Shown here in pieces: positions 7,711 to 16,873 of a stretch of 31,468 nucleotides of DNA (within the stretch, counting starts at the first letter, position 1; each line of letters begins with the position of its first letter). A program made the position numbers and the translations under genes. The stretch comes from Myxococcota bacterium. GTDB taxonomy: Bacteria > Myxococcota > JACRCW01. Below the pieces are notes generated by a model, which ran no database searches, had not been told where the DNA came from, and was given only the letters and a program-made list of their open reading frames with translations. The stretch lies in contig JBFMGU010000122.1 in NCBI GenBank assembly GCA_040752415.1, forward strand, positions 1-31,468, in the 5' to 3' direction.

Positions 7711-9261
7711 CTAGTTCCCCGAAACAGAACGCCACGGTGACGTCGCCGGCTGAAGCTGTTGGGCTTCCCGGAGATGTCGCTGTGCGTCCTCCTCCCGACC
7801 CATCCGGCGATACACGATGCCCAGGTTGTTGTGCGCGGGCTCCATCCGCGGGTTCAACTCCAACGCGCGCTCATACGACGCCGCGGCCTCCGGCCAACGC
7901 TCCGCGCCCGCATGGATGTTGCCGATGTTGAAGTGCAGCTCCGGGTAGTTGGGCTTGTCCGCCACGGCGAGCTGGAGGTGCATGAGCGCCATCTCGTCGT
8001 TCCCGTCCCGACGGTAGATGGCCGCCACCTTGCTGTTGGCGAAGTGTGACGTGGGAGCCTTCTCCGCCGCGTCCTTCCACAACGCCACGTCGTCCTTCCA
8101 CACCTTGTTGCGCTGGAACGACGAAACGCTGAACACGAGCACCACCGCCGCGACGACGCCAGCCACAAAGCCACGTCGCTGCGCCAGGTGACTTCCCATC
8201 CATCCGACGAGAACAGCGAGTCCGAAGGACGGCAGGTAGAGGTACCGCTCGGCAAAGGGATATTCGCCCAGCACCGGTGCGTAGAGCGCGGGGAGCAGGA
8301 AGACGGTGACCCAGGCGAGTCCCAGGAACACCGTGCGGTTCCGTCGCCACGCCAGCACCAGCGCACCCACGTACGCACCCACGACAAGGAACGCGAGCAC
8401 CACCGGCGCGCCCGTCGGTGCGGGCATCACGTGGATCACGCTGAGCGGATGCGGCACCACCACCATCCACAGGTGCTTCGCAAGCAGGACCACCACGGAT
8501 AGAACCTTCTCGACGGGGCCCATGCTCTGGACCAGCTGGGTTGGCGCGAAGCTGCCCATCACACCCACGCGCACCACCAGGTACATCACGGTGACGACGA
8601 CAAACGGACCCATCCGCAGCACGGTCTCGCGCGCCGGCCGGCGCACCACGGTGACATCCCAGAGCACCAGCGCCGCGGGAATCATCAGCGCGGTCTCCTT
8701 GCACAACGTGGCGAGCGCGAAACCCAGCGTGGCGACGACAAACGGAACGCTGCGGACCCGGACGGCGCGCGCGTAGAGGAGCAGCGTGGTCAGCGCCAGC
8801 ACGGAGAACATCAGCTCCGGCAACCCCGCCACCCAGGCCACCGCCTCGACGTGGACGGGATGCACCGCAAACAGCGCCGAGGCCAGCGCTGCCCAGACCA
8901 GGTGCTCGTTGCCCAGCAGACGAAACATCACGCGGAACACCAGCGCCGTGGCGACGACGTGGAGCAGCACGTTCAGCAGGTGATACGCCCACGCATCAAA
9001 CCCCGCGAGGTGCCACACCGCCATGTACGCCACGTGCATCAGGGGTCGGTAGTAGTTGGTGCGGCCGATGTCGATGAAGCCCCAGACGTGGCTGGAGAAG
9101 ATGGTGCGCAGGTGCGCCGTGTCCGTGATCCACGGGTTGCGCAGGACCTGGTTCTCGTCGTCGTAGACGAAGCCGTTGAAGAGCGTGTTGGCATGCACCG
9201 CCGCCGCCAGCACCACCAGCGCCACCATCACCAGCCAGGGAGACCAGGCAGGGCGCAACAC
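7711..9261 (-). CDS. TMTC-like GT-C glycosyltransferase (putative protein O-mannosyltransferase) with C-terminal TPR repeats
   Basis: GFVYDD acidic motif after the first TM helix; YYRPL; YHLLNVLLH; LFAVHPVHVEAVAWV; CKE; AERYLYLPS; RNKVWKD; about 3 TPRs. Start GTG 9261 lies just after the upstream stop (ATG 9228 is an alternative). Confidence 0.85.
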   Translation of the reverse strand: MLRPAWSPWLVMVALVVLAAAVHANTLFNGFVYDDENQVLRNPWITDTAHLRTIFSSHVWGFIDIGRTNYYRPLMHVAYMAVWHLAGFDAWAYHLLNVLLHVVATALVFRVMFRLLGNEHLVWAALASALFAVHPVHVEAVAWVAGLPELMFSVLALTTLLLYARAVRVRSVPFVVATLGFALATLCKETALMIPAALVLWDVTVVRRPARETVLRMGPFVVVTVMYLVVRVGVMGSFAPTQLVQSMGPVEKVLSVVVLLAKHLWMVVVPHPLSVIHVMPAPTGAPVVLAFLVVGAYVGALVLAWRRNRTVFLGLAWVTVFLLPALYAPVLGEYPFAERYLYLPSFGLAVLVGWMGSHLAQRRGFVAGVVAAVVLVFSVSSFQRNKVWKDDVALWKDAAEKAPTSHFANSKVAAIYRRDGNDEMALMHLQLAVADKPNYPELHFNIGNIHAGAERWPEAAASYERALELNPRMEPAHNNLGIVYRRMGREEDAQRHLREAQQLQPATSPWRSVSGN

Positions 9262-9265
9262 GGGC

Positions 9266-10168
9266 TCAGTCCACGCGGTTGAGCAGCGGTTCGTTCGCCA
9301 TGAGTCGGCGGATGTTGGCAGCCACCCCGTCCGCAAGACGCGCGAACGACTCCTCCGTGGAACCGCCGATGTGCGGCAGCGCCACCACGTTGGGACGTGC
9401 GTAGAGCGGCTCCGCGGGATTCCAGGGCTCCTCCCAGTGCACGTCCAGCCCCACGCCGCCCACCACGCCGGCGTCCAGCGCCCGCTCCAGTGCGCCCCTG
9501 TCGACGATGGCGGCCCGCGCGCAGTTCACCAGCAACACGCCGGGCTTCACCTGCGCGAACACCGCGTCGTTCAAGAGCCCGCGCGTCTTCTCGTTGAGGG
9601 GACAGTGCAGGCTGATGACGTCGACGGAACGCCAGAATGCGGCCCAGGCGTCAGGTCCGCTGGTGGAGCCCACGGAGATGACCTGCATGCCCAGCGCGCG
9701 CGCCGCGTCGGCCATGCGGGAACCGGACCGACCCAGGCCCACCACGCCCAGCACCTTGCCGTTGAGCTCCCGTCCCAGCGGTACGCCCACGCGCGCTTCC
9801 GCGAAGGACCGTTGCGCCTCGGGGAGACGTCGCGCGAGGGCGAGCATGAGGAGCAGGGAGGTCTGCGCCATGGCGTCGGCGTTGGCACCGGGGACGTTGC
9901 ACACCGGGATGCCGCGCGCCCGCGCCGCTCCCACGTCAATGAGCTCATAGCCCGCCGCGGATTGCTGGATGAGCTTGAGGCGCGGACATGCGTTGATGAC
10001 GGTCGCGTCGAGGTGGGCGTTGGAAGGGACCAAGACGTCGGCGTCACAGACTTCCTCGACGAGGGGGCGGGTGAGGTCGCGCACGCGGATGGACGCGCCC
10101 GTCGGGAGACGCACCCGGATGGCGTCCACAATGGGCAACCAACCGGTACCGCAGAACACCAGTTGCAT
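9266..10168 (-). CDS. D-isomer-specific 2-hydroxyacid dehydrogenase
   Basis: GVVGLGRSG Rossmann motif, SLHCPL, LVNCAR, GLDV..EP, LPHIGG. Confidence 0.9.
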   Translation of the reverse strand: MQLVFCGTGWLPIVDAIRVRLPTGASIRVRDLTRPLVEEVCDADVLVPSNAHLDATVINACPRLKLIQQSAAGYELIDVGAARARGIPVCNVPGANADAMAQTSLLLMLALARRLPEAQRSFAEARVGVPLGRELNGKVLGVVGLGRSGSRMADAARALGMQVISVGSTSGPDAWAAFWRSVDVISLHCPLNEKTRGLLNDAVFAQVKPGVLLVNCARAAIVDRGALERALDAGVVGGVGLDVHWEEPWNPAEPLYARPNVVALPHIGGSTEESFARLADGVAANIRRLMANEPLLNRVD

Positions 10169-10365
10169 CTGGACCACACCCTTCTTGCGCGTGAGCACCG
10201 CGCGGGGCCGGACGTTACCGCAGCCGGACGCCCGGGGACCCCATCCTCTCGTTGTCGGAGTGGCCGGAGCGGCCAGTGGATCGGCCGGCGCGGTCAACGC
10301 CCGGGCATCCCCCGTAAGCGAAAACCCTTCCCGTCTGCGGCGTCACGGCCGCCCGGGAGGAACCC

Positions 10366-11802
10366 ATGAACCACCACGTCATGAAGCTGGGATTGCTGGC
10401 GGGACTGATGACCACCGCGTGCATCACCCCCGCGGAGCAGGAAGAGGCCGCCGCGGAAGCCGCCGCCGAGATGGAGACCGAGGAGGCCGTGGTCTCGCCG
10501 TCACCCGCGTTCTACGGCGACCCCGCCGCCAACGCGGTGTTCTCCATTGACATCTCCCACTGGGAAGGGCCGATGGCGCAGGTGGAGATGGACTGCTTCT
10601 GGAGCTCCGGCGTCCGTCACGTGGTCTCGGGGACGCAGGTGGAGGAGATCACGCGCCAACAGTTGGACATGGCCATCTCACGCGGCATGACCGTCGACGC
10701 GTACGTGTACCTGTATTGGGACCGACCCATGGCCGCGCAGGTGCGGGAGGCGTTCCGGCGCGTGCAGGGCTTTCCCATCGGGCGCATGTGGCTCGACGTG
10801 GAGGAGAACCCCGGGGACCTGGGCTGGCGCGCGTTGGAGGAGCTGGTGCAGCAGGCGGTGGATGCGTGTGACGCCGAGGGAACGGCGGAATGCGGCATCT
10901 ACACCGGGCCGGGCTTCTGGCGGACGTACATGAACAACACCACGCGCTTCGCGGAGCTGCCGCTCTGGTACGCCTGGTACAACGACAAGACCGCGCTCTC
11001 CAACTGGAGCACGGAGAGGTTCGGCGGCTGGGTCGCGCCCGAGGCCAAGCAGTGGGCTGAGGAGGCGCTGTGCAGCGTGGGCGTGGACAAGAACAGCATG
11101 CGGGTGGTGACCACGCCGTCGGTGGTGGTGGACCGGAGCACGCCGCCCGCCCCGCAGAGCGTCCCGCCCGCGCCCACGAATCTCCTCCCCGCCGACGGAA
11201 GCGTGGTGAGCGTGGACTACGTCAAGCTGATGGCCGGTACCGTTGCGCACGCCACGAGCTACCAGCTGGCGCTCGAGCACTGGAATGGCACGTCGTGGGT
11301 TTCCTACTACACGTGGACGCGCACGCTGCCGTTCATCAAGAGCAACCCCATCTACCGCGACCGCGTCTTCCGCTTCCGTGCACGCGCCAAGAACCGGTAC
11401 GGCTGGGGCGCGTGGAGTGGTTGGGTGGTGTTTGACTACGGCACGCCTACTGGCCCGCGTCCCGACGTCATGCCCGCTCCCGAGCCGGAGCCCGCGCCCG
11501 GTTCCGCGCCCGCTCCCTCGCCGAGCGGAGCGCCCACGGGGCTGGCCCCCGACGGTGTTGCGCTGAGCACCTCCTCGGTGACGCTGTCCTGCAACGCGCA
11601 GTCCGACGCCACGCGTTATGAGTTCGCCATCGAGTACCAGTCCGCGGGCTCATGGCAGACGTACACCAGCTACCTGCGCACCTCGCCCACGGCCACGTTC
11701 TGGCCGCAGATCCACAACACCGCCTACCGCTGGCGGGTCCGTTCCCAGGCGGGCGGCACGTACGGTGCGTGGAGCAACTGGGCGCAGTTCGACTACCGCT
11801 GA
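10366..11802 (+). CDS. GH25 lysozyme (muramidase) lipoprotein with two C-terminal FN3-like domains
   Basis: GGAGG RBS; signal ending TTAC; IDISHW, MWLDVE (DxE), GIYT, LWYAWY, FGGW..P.AKQ, VDKN; two repeats ending in (F/Y)R.R.R....YGAWS.W..FDY. Confidence 0.8.
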   Translation: MNHHVMKLGLLAGLMTTACITPAEQEEAAAEAAAEMETEEAVVSPSPAFYGDPAANAVFSIDISHWEGPMAQVEMDCFWSSGVRHVVSGTQVEEITRQQLDMAISRGMTVDAYVYLYWDRPMAAQVREAFRRVQGFPIGRMWLDVEENPGDLGWRALEELVQQAVDACDAEGTAECGIYTGPGFWRTYMNNTTRFAELPLWYAWYNDKTALSNWSTERFGGWVAPEAKQWAEEALCSVGVDKNSMRVVTTPSVVVDRSTPPAPQSVPPAPTNLLPADGSVVSVDYVKLMAGTVAHATSYQLALEHWNGTSWVSYYTWTRTLPFIKSNPIYRDRVFRFRARAKNRYGWGAWSGWVVFDYGTPTGPRPDVMPAPEPEPAPGSAPAPSPSGAPTGLAPDGVALSTSSVTLSCNAQSDATRYEFAIEYQSAGSWQTYTSYLRTSPTATFWPQIHNTAYRWRVRSQAGGTYGAWSNWAQFDYR

Positions 11803-11848
11803 CGTTGCGTTCCCATGATTGCGCGGCGCTGGTAGCGTCGAGAGCATC

Positions 11849-12868
11849 ATGCCCGTGGTCCCCTGCATCTCGGCAGGCGCCTTCCGTAAGCTCCTGGATG
11901 CGGCTGAAGCGTTTGGCTGCAACGTGGCGGAGGTCCGCGCGGCCGCGCACGTGGATGCCAAGCAGGTCGACGACAAGGACGCACGCATCCCGGTGGAGCG
12001 CCTGCACGCGCTGTGGGAAGTGGTGCTGGAGCGGGTGCCTCGCGCGGACGCCGCGTTGGTGGTGGCCACGCACTACGCGCCGGGTGACTACGGGCTCGTG
12101 GGTTTTGTGTGCGCCAACTGCGCCACCCTCGGTGAGGCGATGCAGCAGATGGTGCGGTTCTCCCGGCTGTGGACCGACGAGCCGGGGATGAAGCTGGACG
12201 CCGAGGGGACGGTGGGCCTGGTGTATCCCGCGCCGCGCGCGGACCGTCCCGGATTCCGCATGGCCAACGAGGCGGCACTGGCGGAGATCCTCCACGCCGC
12301 GCGGACGCTGACGCAGCAGGATCTGGTGCCGGCACGCGTGGCATTTGCCCACCCCGCGCCCAAGGACACGCGCGCGCATCGCGAGTTCTTCCGCTGTCGC
12401 GTCGACTTTGGTGCGCCCGCGCACGACCTCTCCTTCGGTGCCGGCGCGGTGTCGATGTCATTGCCCAAGGCCGACCCGCAGCTGGGCGCGTTCCTCCACG
12501 GCCTTGCCAACGACGCGCTGGCCAAGCGGCACGAACCGGAAACGTTCATGGACCAGGTGCGTCAGCGTCTCGCCGAGACCCTGCAGAAGGGCGTGCCGGA
12601 GCTGCCGGAGCTGGCAACGCAGCTGGCCATGAGTGAGCGGACGCTGCGTCGACGACTGGAAGAGGAAGGCACTTCATTCCGGGAATTGCTCGACGACACA
12701 CGCGCGCGGCTGGCCAAGGGATACCTGCAGGATTCGAACATCCCGCTCAGCGAGGTGGCATTCCTGTTGGGATTCTCCGAGCCCAGCGCGTTCCACCGCG
12801 CATTCAAGCGTTGGACCGGCATGACCCCCGCTGCCGCGCGCGCGGGAAGCAACGCGACCAGCGTGTAG
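11849..12868 (+). CDS. AraC-family transcriptional regulator (OruR/Arabinose_bd_2-type N-domain)
   Basis: LAMSERTLRRRLEEEGTSF and VAFLLGFSEPSAFHRAFKRWTG HTH motifs. Confidence 0.9.
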   Translation: MPVVPCISAGAFRKLLDAAEAFGCNVAEVRAAAHVDAKQVDDKDARIPVERLHALWEVVLERVPRADAALVVATHYAPGDYGLVGFVCANCATLGEAMQQMVRFSRLWTDEPGMKLDAEGTVGLVYPAPRADRPGFRMANEAALAEILHAARTLTQQDLVPARVAFAHPAPKDTRAHREFFRCRVDFGAPAHDLSFGAGAVSMSLPKADPQLGAFLHGLANDALAKRHEPETFMDQVRQRLAETLQKGVPELPELATQLAMSERTLRRRLEEEGTSFRELLDDTRARLAKGYLQDSNIPLSEVAFLLGFSEPSAFHRAFKRWTGMTPAAARAGSNATSV

Positions 12869-12918
12869 GCCATTCCGGCCGCTTGAACTCCACGCGCTTC
12901 CAGCGTTCTGATGTCGCC

Positions 12919-13707
12919 GTGCTCAATCCCGCCCCACGTCCCTGCACCAGCTGTGGCAAACCGTTCCCCGGCGACACCCCCGTCTGCCCTGCGTGCGGCG
13001 TCTGGGTTGGTACCGTGGCTGCGTCGGAGAAACCGCCGGCGCCGACGACGGCCACTCCGCCGGGCGCGGCCCAGAAGCCCGCCTTCCGCGCCGTGAAGAC
13101 GCTGGAGCCCGACGAGCGACCCCAATCGTCATCGTGGCTCATGGAGAAGGTGGTGGGCCCGGCGGTGGTGCTGGTCCTCATCCTGGGCGGGTACGGCATC
13201 TATTCCCGTTATGCGCAGGAGCACCCGGACCTCTGGGTGGTGAACACGTCGGATGACGTTGTGACCGTGAAGCTCGACGGGAAGGTGGTGGTGGACAAGC
13301 TCCCTCCCATGACGTCGGAGTCCGCGGCCGGCGCACGGCGGGTGACGTTGTCCAAGGGGGAGCATCGCCTGGAGGGCATCACGTCCAGCGGCACCACCGA
13401 CGTGAAGATCGTGGTGCGGAAGAACAGCAAGGGCTTCCTGTTTGCGCCAGGACACTCCCAGTCGCAGTGTTTTGCGCTCGTCACCACGGCGTACGGGCAG
13501 TCGGTGCGCGCGGGGATTGAGCCGTTGGACATGCAGCAGGCGCTCTGGGAGATGCCCAAGTCCGTGGACCGCTGGCTGGAGGAATCTCCACCCACGTTGC
13601 TGGTGCAGAAAGGCACGCCGGCCACCCACGACGACGCGCTGCGGATGCTCCCGTGCGAGAACGGGCGGATCTCCGCGGAGGTCATCCGTCGCTACGAGCT
13701 GCGTTGA
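12919..13707 (+). CDS. Hypothetical single-pass membrane protein with N-terminal zinc ribbon
   Basis: CTSC...CPAC, Pro/Ala linker, TM helix VVGPAVVLVLILGGYGIY, then a beta-rich exported domain. Start (GTG 12919) is uncertain. Confidence 0.7.
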   Translation: MLNPAPRPCTSCGKPFPGDTPVCPACGVWVGTVAASEKPPAPTTATPPGAAQKPAFRAVKTLEPDERPQSSSWLMEKVVGPAVVLVLILGGYGIYSRYAQEHPDLWVVNTSDDVVTVKLDGKVVVDKLPPMTSESAAGARRVTLSKGEHRLEGITSSGTTDVKIVVRKNSKGFLFAPGHSQSQCFALVTTAYGQSVRAGIEPLDMQQALWEMPKSVDRWLEESPPTLLVQKGTPATHDDALRMLPCENGRISAEVIRRYELR

Positions 13708-15195
13708 TCACCGCGCGCAGCGGAAACCCACCCCGGCATCCTTGTCCGAGGGAGAGAGGCGCACGCGATTGGAGACGCGCATGTGCTTGGCGCTGTAGTA
13801 CCAGCCTCCGCCGCGCGCCTCCTTGCCCCCGGTGGGATAATCCGACGCGGTCCATTCCCAGACGTTGCCCAACATGTCCTGCAGGCCGGAGGGCGTGGCA
13901 CCGGAGGGATGCGTGCCCACCGCGCTCGTTCCCTCGGCAGCGTCGTACTGCGCGCGGGCCGTGGTGACCGGGGCGTCGCCCCAGGGACGGGTGCCGCCGC
14001 TCCGCGCAGCGAATTCCCACTCCGCCGCCGTCGGGAGACGCGCGCCCGCCCACCTGCAGAACGCCTGCGCCTGCGACCAGTCCACGCAGTTGATGGGATG
14101 GTCGCCACGACGTCCGAAGTTGCAGGTGGGACGGTGCGTGGAGGCCGGCGCGCAGGCACCCGCGTCGACACAGCGCTGGTAGGCGTCCGCGGTCACCTCC
14201 ACGGCGGTCAGCTCGAACGGGGCCACGTCCACCGGCGTGCGGGTCTGCTCATCGGGCTCACACTCGGTGTCGCCGGGCGCGCAGCCCATGGTGAACCGGC
14301 CGCCCGCAATGGCAACGAACCTGAGCCCGCTGCGCGGCTCCACGTCGGGGGACGAGGCGGGCGCGGGCGCAGCAGCCACGACGGGAGCGGACGAGGTCAC
14401 CGCACCTCCGGCCAACACGTACTGGCCAATCATGCTGCTGGAGGTCCACGGTACCTGGCGCTCACCGGTGCGGGTGGCGACGTCGCGGCGGACCTCCTTG
14501 AAGACATCCTCGATGTCCTTGCCCGGCTGGTCCAGGTGCTTGAGCAGGCTCTCCGTGAACACGCCGTGCTTTCCCGGTTCTCCGTCGTCAGCCACCGAGC
14601 CGGGGGACGTGGCGAACGCAATCAAGGAGCCCTTGCCCGCGTTCACCGACGCAAGCCCCCCGCCCGCGCTGCGCGTAGCGCGGAAGGGGTTGTCACGACA
14701 CGCATCCAGCACCACCACGTTCACCTGCAGCTCGCGCGCGGCGAGCCCGTCCATGAGGCGCCCCAGCGCATAGCTGTTCCACTTCACGTCCTCGGCGCGC
14801 GTGGCCTGGAAGTCCACCGGGATGAGGTAGTTCTCCCCGTCGATCTGCAGGCCGTGCCCCGCGTAGTAGACCATGCTCACGTCGCCACGACGCAGGTCTG
14901 ACACGTATCCCTCGATGGTCTGGGAGAATCCGCGCGCGTCCAGGTCGTACGCCTCGGTGACCTGGAAACCCAGGGTGCGCAGCTTGGCCCCCACGGCCTG
15001 CGCGTCGTGCGCGGTGTTGGTGAGGGGCCGCTGGCGGTAGGCCTTGTTACCAATCACCAGCGCGCGCTTGCGCGAGGTGGCCTCGGTCTTCTCGTAGCTG
15101 ATGCCCACCTGCCGCGAGGGTCCCGACGACGCCACCGCACCCGACAACACCAGCGCCGCCACCACGCCCAGCCGCTGCATCCACCGCCTGTTCAT
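13708..15195 (-). CDS. Secreted caspase-like (Peptidase C14) + FGE-sulfatase (SUMF1-type) fusion
   Basis: GGAGG RBS; signal-like N-terminus; RALVIGN, YYAGHG (His), VLDACRDNP (Cys); FGE motifs FTMGC, RLPTAAEWEFAAR, DMLGNVWEW, GFRCAR. Confidence 0.9.
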   Translation of the reverse strand: MNRRWMQRLGVVAALVLSGAVASSGPSRQVGISYEKTEATSRKRALVIGNKAYRQRPLTNTAHDAQAVGAKLRTLGFQVTEAYDLDARGFSQTIEGYVSDLRRGDVSMVYYAGHGLQIDGENYLIPVDFQATRAEDVKWNSYALGRLMDGLAARELQVNVVVLDACRDNPFRATRSAGGGLASVNAGKGSLIAFATSPGSVADDGEPGKHGVFTESLLKHLDQPGKDIEDVFKEVRRDVATRTGERQVPWTSSSMIGQYVLAGGAVTSSAPVVAAAPAPASSPDVEPRSGLRFVAIAGGRFTMGCAPGDTECEPDEQTRTPVDVAPFELTAVEVTADAYQRCVDAGACAPASTHRPTCNFGRRGDHPINCVDWSQAQAFCRWAGARLPTAAEWEFAARSGGTRPWGDAPVTTARAQYDAAEGTSAVGTHPSGATPSGLQDMLGNVWEWTASDYPTGGKEARGGGWYYSAKHMRVSNRVRLSPSDKDAGVGFRCAR

Positions 15196-15329
15196 CCGCG
15201 CCTCCCTCCAGGACACCGTGAGCCTACCACCGGAGCCCGGCGCGCGGTGACCCGCGGAGCAGGGAGATGCCGACGTCAACACCGCGAGCTCCGTCGGCGC
15301 GGACGTCGGCTTGACCGGCAAGCGCGCGC

Positions 15330-15773
15330 TCAGCGCTTCTGGTCCTTCATCCACGACTCGAAACGGCGCCGCACCTCCTCGCGGGAGACGTGTTCCTTCT
15401 GCGTGGCAATGCTCCAACGATTGCCCCACGGGTCCAGCACGCGCCCAATGCGCTGTCCGGAGAACTGGTCCTCCGGGGCATCCAGGGCCTTGGCGCCCAG
15501 CTTCACCGCGTGGGCACACGCCGCGTCGACGTCGGGAGCGTAGATGTACAACGCGCCAGGGAAGGCCGTTCCGCCAAACGGCTCGCTGACCATGAGCAGC
15601 GAATCTCCCACCCTGACCTCGCTGTGCAGCAGCGCGCCGTCGGGTCCGTCATAGCGGTCCACCACCTCACCGCCGAACACCTTGCAGATGAACTCCAGGC
15701 ACTGCGCGGCGCCCACGACGGAGATGGAGGGAGTGACGCGGGGATGGTCCACGGATTGGAATGCAGGCTTCAT
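15330..15773 (-). CDS. VOC/glyoxalase (PhnB-like) family protein
   Basis: AAGGAG RBS; VTPSISV, LHSEVRVGDSLLMV, DQFSGQRIGRVLDPWGNRWSIAT. Confidence 0.88.
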   Translation of the reverse strand: MKPAFQSVDHPRVTPSISVVGAAQCLEFICKVFGGEVVDRYDGPDGALLHSEVRVGDSLLMVSEPFGGTAFPGALYIYAPDVDAACAHAVKLGAKALDAPEDQFSGQRIGRVLDPWGNRWSIATQKEHVSREEVRRRFESWMKDQKR

Positions 15774-15832
15774 GATGGTCTCCTTGGTTGACTGAACCTG
15801 CGTGCAGTATGGTCCCGCGCTCCTGGACCCGG

Positions 15833-15848
15833 CTTGTAAAAAGGCGAC
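15833..15848 (-). promoter_or_regulatory. Candidate AraC-regulator site or promoter element (GTCGCCTTTTTACAAG on the minus strand)
   Basis: AT-rich motif in the 82-bp gap between the divergent VOC and AraC genes; function is inferred. Confidence 0.35.
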
Positions 15849-15855
15849 AGCGCGC

Positions 15856-16671
15856 ATGACGACGTTCCCCAGCGACGTCAAAGGCATCCTGGACCCTCGC
15901 GGCGCCTCCGGCCGCTTCACGCTGGCGCGCCATGCGCCGTGCCCGGAGCTGGCAGTGTTCGTGGAGCACCACTGGATTGTGCGGTGGAACATCCCGGCGG
16001 GGGAGACGTTCCGGCAGGAGACGTTGCCATTCCCCTCGGTGCACCTGGTGTTCCAGGCGGGAGCATCCGGGCTCCAGGGCGTGATGACGCGTCGGTTCAC
16101 CACGGACCTCGTTGGGCGCGGGCAGGTGGTGGGCACCAAGTTCAAGCCGGGCGGCTGGTACGGCTTCTCGTCGAGCTCGCAGGATGCGCTGACCGACCGG
16201 CTCCTGCCGCTGGAGCAGGTGTTCCCCGGTGACGGCGCAACCCGCGAGCGTGCAGTGCTCTCCGACGAGGACGACGCCCGCCAGGTGCGGTTGGTGGAGG
16301 CGTGGCTGCTGGGGTTGTCGCCCAAGCGTGATGAGCTGGCGGAGCTGACGGGCGTGCTCGTGCAACGGGTGCGGGAGCGACGGGACATCGTGCGCGCGGA
16401 GCAGTTGGGGGAGCACGCGGGTTGGAGCCTGCGCACGTTGCAGCGCATGTTCCGTCGCTACGTGGGCGTGGGACCCAAGTGGGTCATCCAGCGTTTCCGT
16501 CTGCAGGAAGCCGCGGACCGGCTTGCGCGGGGCACCGCCGGCGACGGAGCCGCGCTGGCGTTGGAGCTGGGCTATTTCGACCAGGCCCACTTCGCAAAGG
16601 ACTTCAAGGCGCTGGTGGGGCAGTCTCCGTCGTCGTACGCGGCGCGGTGCGCTGCCAAGCGCGCTGAATGA
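15856..16671 (+). CDS. AraC-family transcriptional regulator (DUF6597-like N-domain)
   Basis: FVEHHWIVRW..LPFPSVHLVF; SLRTLQRMFRRYVGVGPKW; LGYFDQAHFAKDFKALVGQSP. Confidence 0.9.
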   Translation: MTTFPSDVKGILDPRGASGRFTLARHAPCPELAVFVEHHWIVRWNIPAGETFRQETLPFPSVHLVFQAGASGLQGVMTRRFTTDLVGRGQVVGTKFKPGGWYGFSSSSQDALTDRLLPLEQVFPGDGATRERAVLSDEDDARQVRLVEAWLLGLSPKRDELAELTGVLVQRVRERRDIVRAEQLGEHAGWSLRTLQRMFRRYVGVGPKWVIQRFRLQEAADRLARGTAGDGAALALELGYFDQAHFAKDFKALVGQSPSSYAARCAAKRAE

Positions 16672-16819
16672 AGCAGGACACAGCCGGCACTGAACGGTCC
16701 ACCGACCGCGCGGTAAATCAAGACGAAGTCCCGTGCACCAAACACGACCCCAGGCCGCGCACGAATTGCATCGATGTCGGCGCGTTCCACGTTGTTTGCG
16801 CGATCCCCGACGGCCCAGA

Positions 16820-16873
16820 CGAAAGCGATGCGAAGTGATTGCTCAAGAGGTGAAATCACTTCGCTTCGTTTCG
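16820..16873. repeat. Inverted repeat upstream of the 16971 operon
   Basis: Perfect 11-bp arms GCGAAGTGATT (16830-16840) and AATCACTTCGC (16854-16864), imperfectly extendable to 16820/16873. Confidence 0.75.

Noticed and set aside
13708..13830. Possible diversity-generating retroelement target (FGE/CLec C-terminus)
   Set aside because: No reverse transcriptase and no adenine-variant template repeat seen in the window; a remote DGR cannot be excluded.
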